This document shows, piece after piece, positions 46,545 through 56,554 of a stretch of 64,000 nt of DNA (position 1 is its first letter; each line of letters starts with the position of its first letter). The DNA is from Cyclobacteriaceae bacterium (GTDB lineage: Bacteria; Bacteroidota; Bacteroidia; Cytophagales; Cyclobacteriaceae), in assembly GCA_044226945.1 (NCBI GenBank), contig JBGAGB010000014.1:194-64193 (forward strand), read 5' to 3'. The position numbers and the translations under genes were made by a program. The notes beneath the pieces were generated by a model. The model saw nothing but the letters and a program-made list of their open reading frames with translations. It was not told the origin of the DNA and ran no database searches.

Positions 46545-47030
46545 TCACGATCGACTAATCAAGACGACAGCCGTTGCGTTTACTCCCTCTTCTCGCCCCA
46601 CATACCCGAGCGTCTCAGTGGTCGTCGCTTTAATCGATACATCGTCCTCGGTGATGCCCATGAGCGGTGCCAGAACCTTCTTCATCTCTGCAATGTGAGG
46701 ATTGATCTTCGGAGCCTCCAAACAAATCGTACAGTCAACATTTCCGATCATCCAACCTTTTTCTCGCAGCATACGGGTGACATCGGACAGGAAAAACTTG
46801 CTGTCCATGCCTTTCCATTTCGGATCTCTGTTCGAGTAATGGAATCCAATGTCCCGCATATTCGCAGCGCCCAGCAGCGCATCACAAATTGCATGAATGA
46901 GAACGTCGGCATCGGAGTGACCCACGGCTCCTTTTTGTGCCGGCAGTTTGATGCCACCGAGCCAAAAATCACGCCCCGCTTCCAATTGATGCACATCGTA
47001 GCCTAATCCAACCCGAATATTCATGCTCAT
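46545..47030 (-). CDS. ispF: 2-C-methyl-D-erythritol 2,4-cyclodiphosphate synthase
   Basis: IRVGLGYDVHQL, GHSDADVLIHAICDALLGA, and a C-terminal KATTTE motif. Confidence 0.95.
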   Translation of the reverse strand: MSMNIRVGLGYDVHQLEAGRDFWLGGIKLPAQKGAVGHSDADVLIHAICDALLGAANMRDIGFHYSNRDPKWKGMDSKFFLSDVTRMLREKGWMIGNVDCTICLEAPKINPHIAEMKKVLAPLMGITEDDVSIKATTTETLGYVGREEGVNATAVVLISRS

Positions 47031-47033
47031 GCG

Positions 47034-48272
47034 TTAGTTAACGGATCGGTAATACAATACACTTGAGTTTTCATCGCGCATCACGTCGCGCGAAACACGA
47101 ACAATATCGTTTGCTGTGACTTGTCGGATCATTTCCGATTCGCGGTTGACCAATTCGGGATCTCCAGACAAGGCTGCAAAAGCCAAGTTGGTCGCACGGT
47201 TCATCAATTCCACCTCGCCGAACTCCAACGTTGCTTCAGCCTGATTCTTCACTTTCTCCAATTCCTCGGCGGTCGGGCCAGACTCCAGCAACTCCTTTAC
47301 CACACGGTCAATTTCTCCTTCGGCCTGGTCAAAAGAGATGCCTCCTTTCAAACGCCCGCTGATGACGATTTGCCCCGGATCAATAGTTCCAGTGGTGAAA
47401 CTAGAAATGGACGTAAAGATCTCTTTCTCGTCAACAAGTTGTTGATAGAGTCGACTCGAGTGCCCACGACTCAGGATGTCGCTGAACAAATCGGTGGCAT
47501 AAAAGTCGGGCGCGAAACGACCGGCCATGTGGTACGTTTTGTAGATCGCACTGGCAGGTACCTTAGCCTCTACCGTCTCTTGTCGCTTGGTGGCTTGACG
47601 CGGTTCCACCGGCAAGCGGCGTGGGCGTACGTTTCCTTTCGGGATTGGACCAAACCACTTCTCACTCAATTTTCGAACTTGTTCTACCGTCACATTTCCG
47701 GCTACGACAAGGATGGCATTGGAGGGCACATAGTGCGTGAAAAAGAAATTCCGAACATCGTCCATCGTAGCGTTCTCGATGTGACTAATCTCCTTGCCGA
47801 TGGTCGCCCATTGGTAAGGGTGAACCTTATACGCCAGGGGTCGCAACTTCAACCAAACGTCTCCGTAAGGCTGGTTGAGGTACCTCTGTTTGAACTCTTC
47901 GATCACAACTTTGCGCTGGACCTCGAGCACTTTCGGGTCAAAGGAAAGGCTCAACATCCGGTCGCTCTCCAGCCAAAACCCAGTTTCCAGATTTGCGGCC
48001 GGAAGGGTGAGGTAATAATTCGTGATATCGGTGGTTGTAAAAGCGTTGTTCTCGCCGCCGACTCGCTGCAGTGGCTCGTCGTAGTTGGGAATATTCGCCG
48101 AGCCACCAAACATTAGGTGTTCAAACAAATGTGCAAATCCCGTTTTGGATGGATTTTCATCTCGGGACCCTACATCATAAAGAATGTTCATCACCGCGAT
48201 CTGCACAGAACGATCCTCGTGAACAAAAACTTTGAGGCCGTTCGCCAACGTAAAAGATGAATACGAAATCAT
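47034..48272 (-). CDS. M16-family (pitrilysin-like) zinc peptidase
   Basis: Inverted zinc motif HxxEH (GFAHLFEHLMFGGS), about 410 aa. Confidence 0.88.
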   Translation of the reverse strand: MISYSSFTLANGLKVFVHEDRSVQIAVMNILYDVGSRDENPSKTGFAHLFEHLMFGGSANIPNYDEPLQRVGGENNAFTTTDITNYYLTLPAANLETGFWLESDRMLSLSFDPKVLEVQRKVVIEEFKQRYLNQPYGDVWLKLRPLAYKVHPYQWATIGKEISHIENATMDDVRNFFFTHYVPSNAILVVAGNVTVEQVRKLSEKWFGPIPKGNVRPRRLPVEPRQATKRQETVEAKVPASAIYKTYHMAGRFAPDFYATDLFSDILSRGHSSRLYQQLVDEKEIFTSISSFTTGTIDPGQIVISGRLKGGISFDQAEGEIDRVVKELLESGPTAEELEKVKNQAEATLEFGEVELMNRATNLAFAALSGDPELVNRESEMIRQVTANDIVRVSRDVMRDENSSVLYYRSVN

Positions 48273-48299
48273 GACGTAAAAATACCTGAATTAACGACT

Positions 48300-49211
48300 T
48301 TAAAGGACCTCGATTTCTACCTGTTCAATTTCCACTGTATCGCCTGTGATCGTTTGGCGTGTCTGGATACTATAAATGATCCACCCCGAGCTTCCATGCA
48401 CCCTTGAAAAAATACTTTCTTCGTACACCACATCGGGCATGTCTTCACGCTTCAATGCAGTTCCTGCGATCCCCTTGATGATTTGATACGTAGCGTCCGT
48501 CATTTGCTTGACGTCGAACTCCTTCCAAACGCGAACCACCGAATTGTCGTCGTCGGTATTGATCTCTGTGAGTTGAACGGTCATGTCGACATCTACGGGA
48601 ACGGAAGGCACACCATTCGAGACCAGAGTTTTCTTGTATTCCTCACCAAGAGTATACTTCGCCCCGTGGAAGGTATAAAACTGCAAGATGTCACGTATTC
48701 CTTGACTTTCAATTGCTTCTCGCGTCGTCATATTCTTGCCGACGTCCTCCGTAATCTTTTTGATATTGGGTACACTTTTGAAGTCCACGCGGATTTTGTC
48801 CAGCGCCTTTTTCATTAAAGCTTGAATCTCTGCGATGTTGAGCACTTGTGAGAATGAACCCATTTCATCGGTTTGGATTACCACTTTTGTATTGCTGCTC
48901 AAGCCAGCAATAGCGTTCGTGAACTTGTCCGCACCTTCCACGTTTACTGTCTTGTACTGCCATTCGACGGTGTACGATTTCTCGGTCGAATCCGTCACCA
49001 CGACATCCACACCATACGAGATTACTTGACGGCTAGACGTATCGCCGTTACTCACCTTGTACTTTGTCGAAATGACATTATAGCTTTGCTTGTCGTTCTT
49101 CGACCAATATCCGATTACTTGCACAGACGAGTCTGCCACGTTGATTTGTGCAAAGAGCGACGTAGAAGTGATCAGCGCAACCGCCGCAAGTATGAATTTC
49201 ATATTTGGCAA
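48300..49211 (-). CDS. hypothetical secreted protein
   Basis: Signal peptide MKFILAAVALITSTSLFAQ. No motif I recognise. Confidence 0.55.
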   Translation of the reverse strand: MPNMKFILAAVALITSTSLFAQINVADSSVQVIGYWSKNDKQSYNVISTKYKVSNGDTSSRQVISYGVDVVVTDSTEKSYTVEWQYKTVNVEGADKFTNAIAGLSSNTKVVIQTDEMGSFSQVLNIAEIQALMKKALDKIRVDFKSVPNIKKITEDVGKNMTTREAIESQGIRDILQFYTFHGAKYTLGEEYKKTLVSNGVPSVPVDVDMTVQLTEINTDDDNSVVRVWKEFDVKQMTDATYQIIKGIAGTALKREDMPDVVYEESIFSRVHGSSGWIIYSIQTRQTITGDTVEIEQVEIEVL

Positions 49212-49216
49212 AACTA

Positions 49217-50332
49217 TTACCTACTTGTCAACTCCTTGATGGTGGCAACCTCGATTTCGCGGTAAGGTGTCCCGTCTTGCTGCAAAATTTCGTGATGCCA
49301 TACAGCGGGCTCTCTCCCATCAATATATGGCTGCCTCCAGGAATCCCAAGGCAGGTTGGTCTGTGTTTTCCCAACCACAAAACCCCAATTGATCATTCCA
49401 ATGTGCTCACTTTTCCCAATCGGAAGGATGGTTTCAAACAGGCTATTGTTCCCCCTGGCCAAGTATTCTGTACAAACCATCGGGCGTTCATACTTCTTCA
49501 GGAAGGCAACAGCTCTTTTGAAAGATGCCGTATCGTCATAACAGTGGAATGAAATAAAATCAGATTCATCTAACTGAATTTTCTCGACAGGTGTCAGTCC
49601 TTTAAACTCCTTATAATTGATTTTCCATACACCCGAAGTGAGCGGTTGCGTTGGATGTGCGGCGCGTGCCCAAGCGAACGCCTGTGGCAGCAGCTTTTCA
49701 ATCAATTCCACTTTATTCTTAGGGTCCTCATAGTTATTCGTGTTCATGTTGTCGGGTTCATTCCAAATGTCCCAACTCATGATGCGTGAATCATTTGCAA
49801 AGGCTCCAACTACGCCTTTAACGTAAGCTTCGAGACGAGGGTACTCATTCGCATCGACCAGCGCTGCAGCTCCAGGGCTTTGAACCCAACCCGAGTTATG
49901 CACACCAGGCTTTGGATCGCGCTGCTTACCGAGTTCAGGATTTGGGTCCCAAACGCTATCGAACAGGACAAGCATTGGCTTGATGTGGTGCTTCTCACAA
50001 ACCGCTAGGAATTGATCGATGCGCTTCTTGAAGCCATCTGGATCTTGCTTCCACAAGAGGTCGTGAAGAAAAACACGCATCGTGTTGATTCCCATCGCTT
50101 CAGCCCAACCGAGCTCTTGATCGATGCGGGCGAGGTCAAATGTCTCGGCTTGCCACATCTCAAGTTCATTGATGGCGTTGTAGGGCACGTAATTAGCGCC
50201 CACGTACCACGGTTGCGACTTATACCAATCGTTTACTTGTTGTGCGGTCCATTTTTGAGGTGTCTGTTCCTCTTTGGAACAACTCGCAAGGGCAACAATG
50301 GCTAATGCGACAAGACATATTCTATTCAGCAT
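49217..50332 (-). CDS. glycoside hydrolase, TIM-barrel (GH5-like) lipoprotein
   Basis: Lipobox LASC. NEP catalytic acid/base motif (WDIWNEPDN) and a later TEY-type nucleophile context (VCTEYLARG). Confidence 0.7.
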   Translation of the reverse strand: MLNRICLVALAIVALASCSKEEQTPQKWTAQQVNDWYKSQPWYVGANYVPYNAINELEMWQAETFDLARIDQELGWAEAMGINTMRVFLHDLLWKQDPDGFKKRIDQFLAVCEKHHIKPMLVLFDSVWDPNPELGKQRDPKPGVHNSGWVQSPGAAALVDANEYPRLEAYVKGVVGAFANDSRIMSWDIWNEPDNMNTNNYEDPKNKVELIEKLLPQAFAWARAAHPTQPLTSGVWKINYKEFKGLTPVEKIQLDESDFISFHCYDDTASFKRAVAFLKKYERPMVCTEYLARGNNSLFETILPIGKSEHIGMINWGFVVGKTQTNLPWDSWRQPYIDGREPAVWHHEILQQDGTPYREIEVATIKELTSR

Positions 50333-50461
50333 GGTGAATTTGAGGGTTTGGATATCAACTTATTTGGTATTCAAAAATCAGGATGAAACATAAAAATAGG
50401 CTTTTCTTCCAAATCCAGTCTTCCAGATTCCATAGATAGATTGTATTTTCAACAGTTGGCG

Positions 50462-52374
50462 ATGCGCATCATTCTATTGGTTCTTTTCTTGGCTGTTGCC
50501 TGCTCCAATTCAGCTTGGAGTCAAAAGTACCGCACTGGGTTCGGGCAGTTGTTGGATCCCGAGATTCGCGAAGCACTTGCCCTGCAGTCTTATCCGGGCG
50601 ACCCATCTGCTAAAGCTCTTGTGCTGTACTGTCGAAATGACGTAGAAGTGTTGCAAGACCGAACGATCCGGTACACGAGTCTCATCAGAATCAAGATCTT
50701 CGACAAGACAGTCTCCGAGACCCATATAAATGTCTCTGATCGTGTTTTCTATTCTAATCGGCTCGGTTTCTTTATGGTGAGGGGCTTCACCTACAATGAA
50801 GAAAATGGCCAGATTGTCCGCACAAAGTTGGAAGATTCGAACATCAACCGCTCGCGACATACGAAGTCGGTCGATAAGGTTACTTTCTCGATGCCCAATG
50901 TGAGGGACGGAAGCATCATCGAGTATGAATATTCTGAAAAAGGAGCTTTGGCCCTACCCAAATGGGAGCTTCAGTATGGTATCCCTTCTTTGTTTAGTGA
51001 AGTCTATTTTGAGAATGCATTCCTTGGTTTCCGATCGGACATCGGCGGAAAACTCCCCATTCAATACGAAGCATTAAAATCCAAGCGGCTGCACCATTGG
51101 TACCTCGCCAACGCGCCTGCCTTCGTAAAAGAGCCCTTGATGCCGAGCGAAGAGTATTTTAAGTCGAACGTCCAGATTTGGACCTACGAAAAAGACTGGA
51201 ACAAAGAGATAAAGTGGATGTGGGATCGGTTCTTCAATCGTTCCATCTTTCAACAGCTTTACCTCCGAGAGCAGGCGAAGCAAATTAGCGACAGCCTGTC
51301 GGACCCCAAGGAGCGCTTGCGAGCTGTGTACGAAGCGGTGCGCTCGAAGGTAGAATGGAACGGTGAGAGCGACATCATCGCCGACGACTTCGGTCGTGTC
51401 CTGAAAGAAAAGAAAGGCACCAGTGGCGACATTAACATGTTGTTGATTTCGACTGCCGCTAAATGTGGAATTGTCGTCAACCCGGTACTGGTGAGTACTC
51501 GCGACAACGGTCCTCCTCATGAAGATATTCCGTCAATCGTGCAATTCGACTATCTCATCTGCCAAGCTGTGATCGGTCGCGACACTATTTACCTGGATGC
51601 GACTAGGCGCCAACTGCCTTTTGGATACCTGCCTGTAAATTGCGTGAACATTCGGGCTCTCACAGCGGCCAAGGATGGACCCAAGTGGGTTACGCTCAAT
51701 ACCCCTAACAAAGTGAAAATTTCGACAGAATCGAATTTGGCTTTGGGGGATAACGGAGAGCTTTCCGGCACCATCTCTTTCATTCACGATGGATACTCGG
51801 CGATCTCGGCTCGTCGAAACTTCCTTGAGGATAAAGACAAGTATTATCGGCTCGTCGAAACTTCCTTGAGGATAAAGACAAGTATTATAAGACGATGGTT
51901 AAATCGAGTTGGTTGGTCGAGTCAAAAAAATACGAGAACGCTGAAAATTTGAACGTCCCCTTCCAGGAACGCTACGAGGTGACCATCTCCGATCATGCGA
52001 GTGTTGCTGGCGATTTGATTTACCTTAACCCGTATATCTACGCGCTGGATGTGAAGAATCCATTTACGTCCGACACGCGAAACTATCCGGTTGAGTTCGA
52101 ACTTCCGTTTGAAGAAACGCTGCTGTGCAACATCGTATTACCAGCAGGTTACAGTGTTGAGGAACTCCCAGAAAGCAAAGTCATGTCGATACCAGGCAAC
52201 GGAGCACGTGCCATCTTCAACATTTCAGCTACGGCCACTCAAGTTCAAGTCATGGCCCGGGTTCAAATTAACCGGACCTTCTTCTCGGCCGACGAATACT
52301 CGGTGTTGAAAGAATTCTACGCTCGCATATTTGCAAAGCGTGGCGAACAAATCGTGTTAAAGAAGGGTGGTTGA
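50462..52374 (+). pseudogene. DUF3857/transglutaminase-like/DUF3858-type protein gene, frameshifted by a 41-bp tandem duplication
   Basis: Two ORF fragments (50441/50462-51952 and 51895-52374) lie in frames that differ by the shift expected from 41 extra nt. Deleting one repeat copy joins ...RRNFLEDKDKYY to KTMVKSSWLVESKK... as a single 630-codon ORF. Confidence 0.75.
51807..51888. repeat. perfect 2 x 41 bp direct tandem duplication inside a coding region
   Basis: cggctcgtcgaaacttccttgaggataaagacaagtattat occurs at 51807-51847 and again at 51848-51888 with no mismatch. Confidence 0.95.
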
Positions 52375-52384
52375 GAGGTTGAGG

Positions 52385-52588
52385 TTACTCTAGCTCTCGT
52401 ATTTCGAAGTCCTTTCCAGTTCCAAATTTCAGTACGTCTTTAAGTAGGAAACGCTCGAGGGTGTGGAGATCCTTCACCTTGAAGTCGTTGATCAAAATTC
52501 GTTCGATCACAAACTCATAACGCTCACCAAAATTTACGAGGCTATATTTTTTCCCAACACGCAATACGTCGAACGATAGACCGGCCAT
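52385..52588 (-). CDS. hypothetical small protein (67 aa)
   Basis: ATG-initiated ORF, co-directional with and 25 nt downstream of the GroES-like gene. No motif recognised. Confidence 0.4.
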   Translation of the reverse strand: MAGLSFDVLRVGKKYSLVNFGERYEFVIERILINDFKVKDLHTLERFLLKDVLKFGTGKDFEIRELE

Positions 52589-52613
52589 ACTAAGTAGCAG
52601 TTAGCTATTCCGT

Positions 52614-53000
52614 TTACGCGAGGTCTTCTTCACGTTCGAGCAACAACACCGAAGCTTGGGGCACGATGTAGTATTTCTCGTTCTCGTATTGAACCTCGAT
52701 TGCACCTTTTTGAAGAAAGATCGCGAGATCTCCCTCTTGGGCTTGGAGAGGCAGATATTTTACTTGTTCTTCCTTTCCTTTCCAAATATCCTCCTCCTCC
52801 GCTGGCACAGGGAGCGGATAGCCAGGGCCAACTTTAATCACATAGCCAGTTTGTATTTTCTCCATTTCCTGAACGGTTGGAGGTAGATACAATCCCGAAG
52901 CGGTTTTTTCCGCTGCCTTGCTTGGCTTGATCAGGAGCCGATCGCCCACGACGATCAGTTTCTTGAGCTTGTTGTCTGCTGTTACCTTCACGTTGTTCAA
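52614..53000 (-). CDS. GroES/Cpn10-family protein (stand-alone, extended)
   Basis: VGDRLLIKP...SGLYLP mobile-loop-like region and a GD.. beta-barrel pattern. 128 aa, no adjacent groEL, TTG start. Confidence 0.65.
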   Translation of the reverse strand: MNNVKVTADNKLKKLIVVGDRLLIKPSKAAEKTASGLYLPPTVQEMEKIQTGYVIKVGPGYPLPVPAEEEDIWKGKEEQVKYLPLQAQEGDLAIFLQKGAIEVQYENEKYYIVPQASVLLLEREEDLA

Positions 53001-53034
53001 AATTTTGGATCCGAAATGTCGGTACTCCTGCCGA

Positions 53035-54081
53035 CTATTTCAAAGAAGCCATGTCGATTACGAAACGGTATTTCACGTCGCTCTTAACCATCCGCTCGTA
53101 AGCCTCGTTGATGTAACTCATTGGAATTACTTCGACGTCCGACACGATGTTCTTCTCTGCACAATAGTCGAGCATTTCTTGGGTCTCGGCGCTCCCCCCG
53201 ATCATCGATCCGACGATACTCCTCCGGTTCTTGATCAGTTCGAAGGGGTTCACGACCGGTGCCCTCGATGGCAGTCCTACCACGATCATTTTCCCTGAAA
53301 CAGCCAAAAGCCTCAAATAGTTTTCGTAGTCATGATCGGCAGAGATCGTGTTGACGATAATATCGAAGTGACTCGATAGCTTCTTCATTTGAGCTGGATC
53401 TGTGGTCAGCGCAAAATGATGGGCCCCCAGTTTTCTTGCGTCCGCCTCTTTCGACTTGCTGGTGCTGAGCATGGTTACTTCTGCGCCGAATGAAACAGCA
53501 AACTTAACAGCCATGTGGCCGAGACCACCCAAACCGACCACGCCAATCTTATGCCCTTTCCCAGCCCCCACGTACCGGAGCGGCGAATAGGTTGTGATGC
53601 CCGCGCACAGCAACGGAGCCACGCCAGCGAGATTAAGTTTTTCTGAAACGGAATAAACAAACCGTTGGTCCGTCACAATTTGCGTGGAGTAACCACCCAT
53701 AGCGATCGTTTTACCATCGCGCTCGTAACCATTGTAAGTGCCAGTCATGCCCTCGTCGCAGTATTGCTCCATGTGCTCTTGACACTGCTTACATGTACGG
53801 CACGAATCGATCATGACACCCACGGCGGCAAGGTCGCCTACTTTAAATCTCTTCACGTTTTTCCCCGCCTTTACGACGCGTCCCAAAATTTCGTGACCGG
53901 GAACCATCGGGTACAATGAATCTCCCCATTCGTCGCGCACTTGATGAATGTCCGAATGACACACACCACTATATAAGATATCAATCTGGACATCGTCGTC
54001 GCCGGGATTCCGACGCTCGAACGAAAATGGCGCCAACTTGGCGGTTGGACTCTGTGCTGCGTACGACTTTACTTGAATCAT
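53035..54081 (-). CDS. zinc-dependent NAD(P) alcohol dehydrogenase (cinnamyl-alcohol/YahK-like)
   Basis: GVCHSDIH catalytic zinc motif, structural zinc Cys cluster (CRTCKQCQEHMEQYC), GLGGLGH dinucleotide fold. Confidence 0.9.
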   Translation of the reverse strand: MIQVKSYAAQSPTAKLAPFSFERRNPGDDDVQIDILYSGVCHSDIHQVRDEWGDSLYPMVPGHEILGRVVKAGKNVKRFKVGDLAAVGVMIDSCRTCKQCQEHMEQYCDEGMTGTYNGYERDGKTIAMGGYSTQIVTDQRFVYSVSEKLNLAGVAPLLCAGITTYSPLRYVGAGKGHKIGVVGLGGLGHMAVKFAVSFGAEVTMLSTSKSKEADARKLGAHHFALTTDPAQMKKLSSHFDIIVNTISADHDYENYLRLLAVSGKMIVVGLPSRAPVVNPFELIKNRRSIVGSMIGGSAETQEMLDYCAEKNIVSDVEVIPMSYINEAYERMVKSDVKYRFVIDMASLK

Positions 54082-54139
54082 AGAAAGTGTTGAATCATTT
54101 ACTGTTTAATCTCCTGCTCGTTCAAAAAAGTGTCTGTGC

Positions 54140-55843
54140 CTACTTCAGTTCACCTTTCTTTAACAACTCGATCGCATGGTTGGCGGCGCGAGCAGTCATC
54201 GCCATATAAGTAAGCGACGGGTTCTGGGTTGAAGTGGACGTCATACACGCGCCATCCGACACAAATACGTTCGGTGCCGCATGCATTTGGTTCCACTTGT
54301 TTAACATAGAAGTCTTCGGGTCTTTCCCCATACGCACACCGCCCATTTCGTGGATATCAAGGCCGGGCGCCTGCTTGCTGTCGTTCGTCTTGATGTTCGT
54401 GAACCCTGCCTTTTCAAACATAGCAGTGTATTGTTCGAAGAAGTCTTTCACCATTTTCTCATCGTTGTCATCATAATCGATCGCGATGTTGAGCAAGGGC
54501 ACGCCCCAATCGTCTTTTTGGTCCGCGCTGAGTGACACGAAATTACTTTCCTTCGGGATCGTTTCGCCCATGAACTGGGAGCCAACGTACCAAGGACCAA
54601 GTTTCACTTCTTTACTGATCAGTTTCGACTTGAGTTCTTCACCGAACCCGTCGGTATTGCCTAAGTTCCCGCGTCCACCCCAAAATGTTGCTGCATAACC
54701 ACGTAAGAAATCGGTTTCCTGTTTCCTCACGTTTCGAAAGCGCGGGATGTACGAACTCGTAGGACGCCCCCCTTGAGAATTCATATCGGACATCCCTTCA
54801 TACATGGCGCTGATGCGGGCGCGGTAGTTGTGGAACGCCACATACTTGCCCAGCACTCCGCTGTCATTCCCTAATCCGGTTGGGAACCGGCTCGACTGCG
54901 AATTCAGCAAGATCAAGTTCGTGTTCAATGCGCCAGCATTCACAAAAATGACGGGTGCGAAAAATTCAGTTGCTTCCTTTGTGTTGGCATCGATGACACG
55001 CACGCCCGTAGCTTTGCCTTTGGCTTCGTCATAAATCACCGAGTGAACCACCGAGAACGGACGCAAGGTCAAATTCCCTGTCTTCGCTGCCCATGGAATA
55101 GTGGTTGAGTTTGAGTTATAGTAACCGCCAAAAGGGCACCCACGCTGGCACAAGTTGCGGGCTTGACACTGTCCTCTCCCTTGTTGAATATGGATCGGCT
55201 GCGGCTCCGAGAGGTGCGCACAGCGGGCATAGATCACGTGACGGTCGGCAAAATTACTCTCTACTGACTTCTTAAAGTGGTCCTCGATGCAACTCAGTCC
55301 CCATGCCGGTAGAAACTCGCCATCGGGAAGTGTGTCGAGGCCATCTTTGTTTCCACTGATACCAACAAACTTCTCGACATAGCTATACCAAGGCGCGAGG
55401 TCGTCGTAACGAATGGGCCAATCTACGGCAAACCCATCTCGTGCAGGACCTTCAAAATCGTACTTGCTCCATCGTTGGGTTTGGCGTGCCCACAAAATGC
55501 TCTTACCTCCGACTTGATACCCACGAATCCAATCGAATGGCTTTTCTTGTACATAAGGGTGTTCTGTGTCCTTGCAGAAAAAGTGCATCGCATCTTCGCG
55601 GAAAGCGTAGCAGCGACTTACAACTGGATTATCTTTTTGGATGTCGTAAGGAATTTGCCCGCGGTGCTCAAATTCCCAGGGCATCATGTTAGTGGTCGGG
55701 TAGTCTTGCAAGTGTTTTACGTCGCGACCCCTTTCGAGAAGGAGCGTTTTGAATCCTTGCTCGCAGAATTCCTTGGCGGCCCAACCGCCACTCATACCAC
55801 TACCGATTACTATTGCGTCAAAATTATTGCTCGTCTGTGCCAT
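54140..55843 (-). CDS. GMC-family FAD-dependent oxidoreductase (large subunit)
   Basis: DAIVIGSGMSGGWAAKEF and a C-terminal HEMGGVRMG...VFVSDGA region. Paralogous to 15343-17037. Start at ATG 55843. Confidence 0.88.
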   Translation of the reverse strand: MAQTSNNFDAIVIGSGMSGGWAAKEFCEQGFKTLLLERGRDVKHLQDYPTTNMMPWEFEHRGQIPYDIQKDNPVVSRCYAFREDAMHFFCKDTEHPYVQEKPFDWIRGYQVGGKSILWARQTQRWSKYDFEGPARDGFAVDWPIRYDDLAPWYSYVEKFVGISGNKDGLDTLPDGEFLPAWGLSCIEDHFKKSVESNFADRHVIYARCAHLSEPQPIHIQQGRGQCQARNLCQRGCPFGGYYNSNSTTIPWAAKTGNLTLRPFSVVHSVIYDEAKGKATGVRVIDANTKEATEFFAPVIFVNAGALNTNLILLNSQSSRFPTGLGNDSGVLGKYVAFHNYRARISAMYEGMSDMNSQGGRPTSSYIPRFRNVRKQETDFLRGYAATFWGGRGNLGNTDGFGEELKSKLISKEVKLGPWYVGSQFMGETIPKESNFVSLSADQKDDWGVPLLNIAIDYDDNDEKMVKDFFEQYTAMFEKAGFTNIKTNDSKQAPGLDIHEMGGVRMGKDPKTSMLNKWNQMHAAPNVFVSDGACMTSTSTQNPSLTYMAMTARAANHAIELLKKGELK

Positions 55844-55866
55844 GGATAAAAATCTTTGAGTGAGAA

Positions 55867-56418
55867 TTAAACGTTCGAAACGGGGACACACGCCTGAAAC
55901 TTCGGTGGAATAAGCGTGGTGACGTTTCGCACGTCGGCCAAAAACTGTCTCGAGGTGGTGAAGGCTTGAATAGTTCCGCGTTTCACGGCAGAATAAAACC
56001 AGCGAACATCCTCGCCAAACTCTTTGCCTTCCTTGTCGGCCTCGACCGCAGCAACAAATTCGTTGCGCTTAGCCTGGTCTAACTTGACAAACTTGCTGCC
56101 CGCCTGTGCCTTGCTGGCTTCGTCGAATGCCTTCAGCCCTTTCGAGAATTTTGCTTGGTCGTCCGGACCGAGGCAGTCGTCGGCCATCACCAACACAAAA
56201 TTGGAAGCTTGGAGGTCCTTTGCACCAATAAAATCCGTCTTGGGAAGGATTGTTTCGGTGAGTTCGGCAAGCAAATCCTCCTCAGAACCTGTCAGGGGAA
56301 TGTGCTTCAGTACGGTGGTCGCTTTGTCTTGGCACGAGTACAGGAGCGCCGCGCCCGCCGACACGAGTATAACATTGCGAATGGCTGTTCTTCTTTTCAT
56401 GCGAATCGAGATAGACAT
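55867..56418 (-). CDS. gluconate 2-dehydrogenase subunit 3-like small subunit with a Tat signal
   Basis: Twin-arginine signal (MKRRTAIRNVILVSAGAALL). About 180 aa, immediately upstream of the GMC gene. Confidence 0.7.
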   Translation of the reverse strand: MSISIRMKRRTAIRNVILVSAGAALLYSCQDKATTVLKHIPLTGSEEDLLAELTETILPKTDFIGAKDLQASNFVLVMADDCLGPDDQAKFSKGLKAFDEASKAQAGSKFVKLDQAKRNEFVAAVEADKEGKEFGEDVRWFYSAVKRGTIQAFTTSRQFLADVRNVTTLIPPKFQACVPVSNV

Positions 56419-56554
56419 GAAAGGTAAGACTAGAACCTCAACTAGAAAAGAGATTTTAACTTGTGATCAACGCTAATTTCCAGCCACCGCCCAGCGAGTT
56501 TTATGGCGGTCTGGATTTGTGTACCTTAAAATAGTCCACACAAACTTTACTGCG

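Noticed and set aside
47121-48116. 331-aa ORF antisense to the M16 peptidase gene
   Set aside because: Same reasoning: there is no motif and no upstream promoter box, and it lies entirely within a gene with a clear HxxEH peptidase signature.
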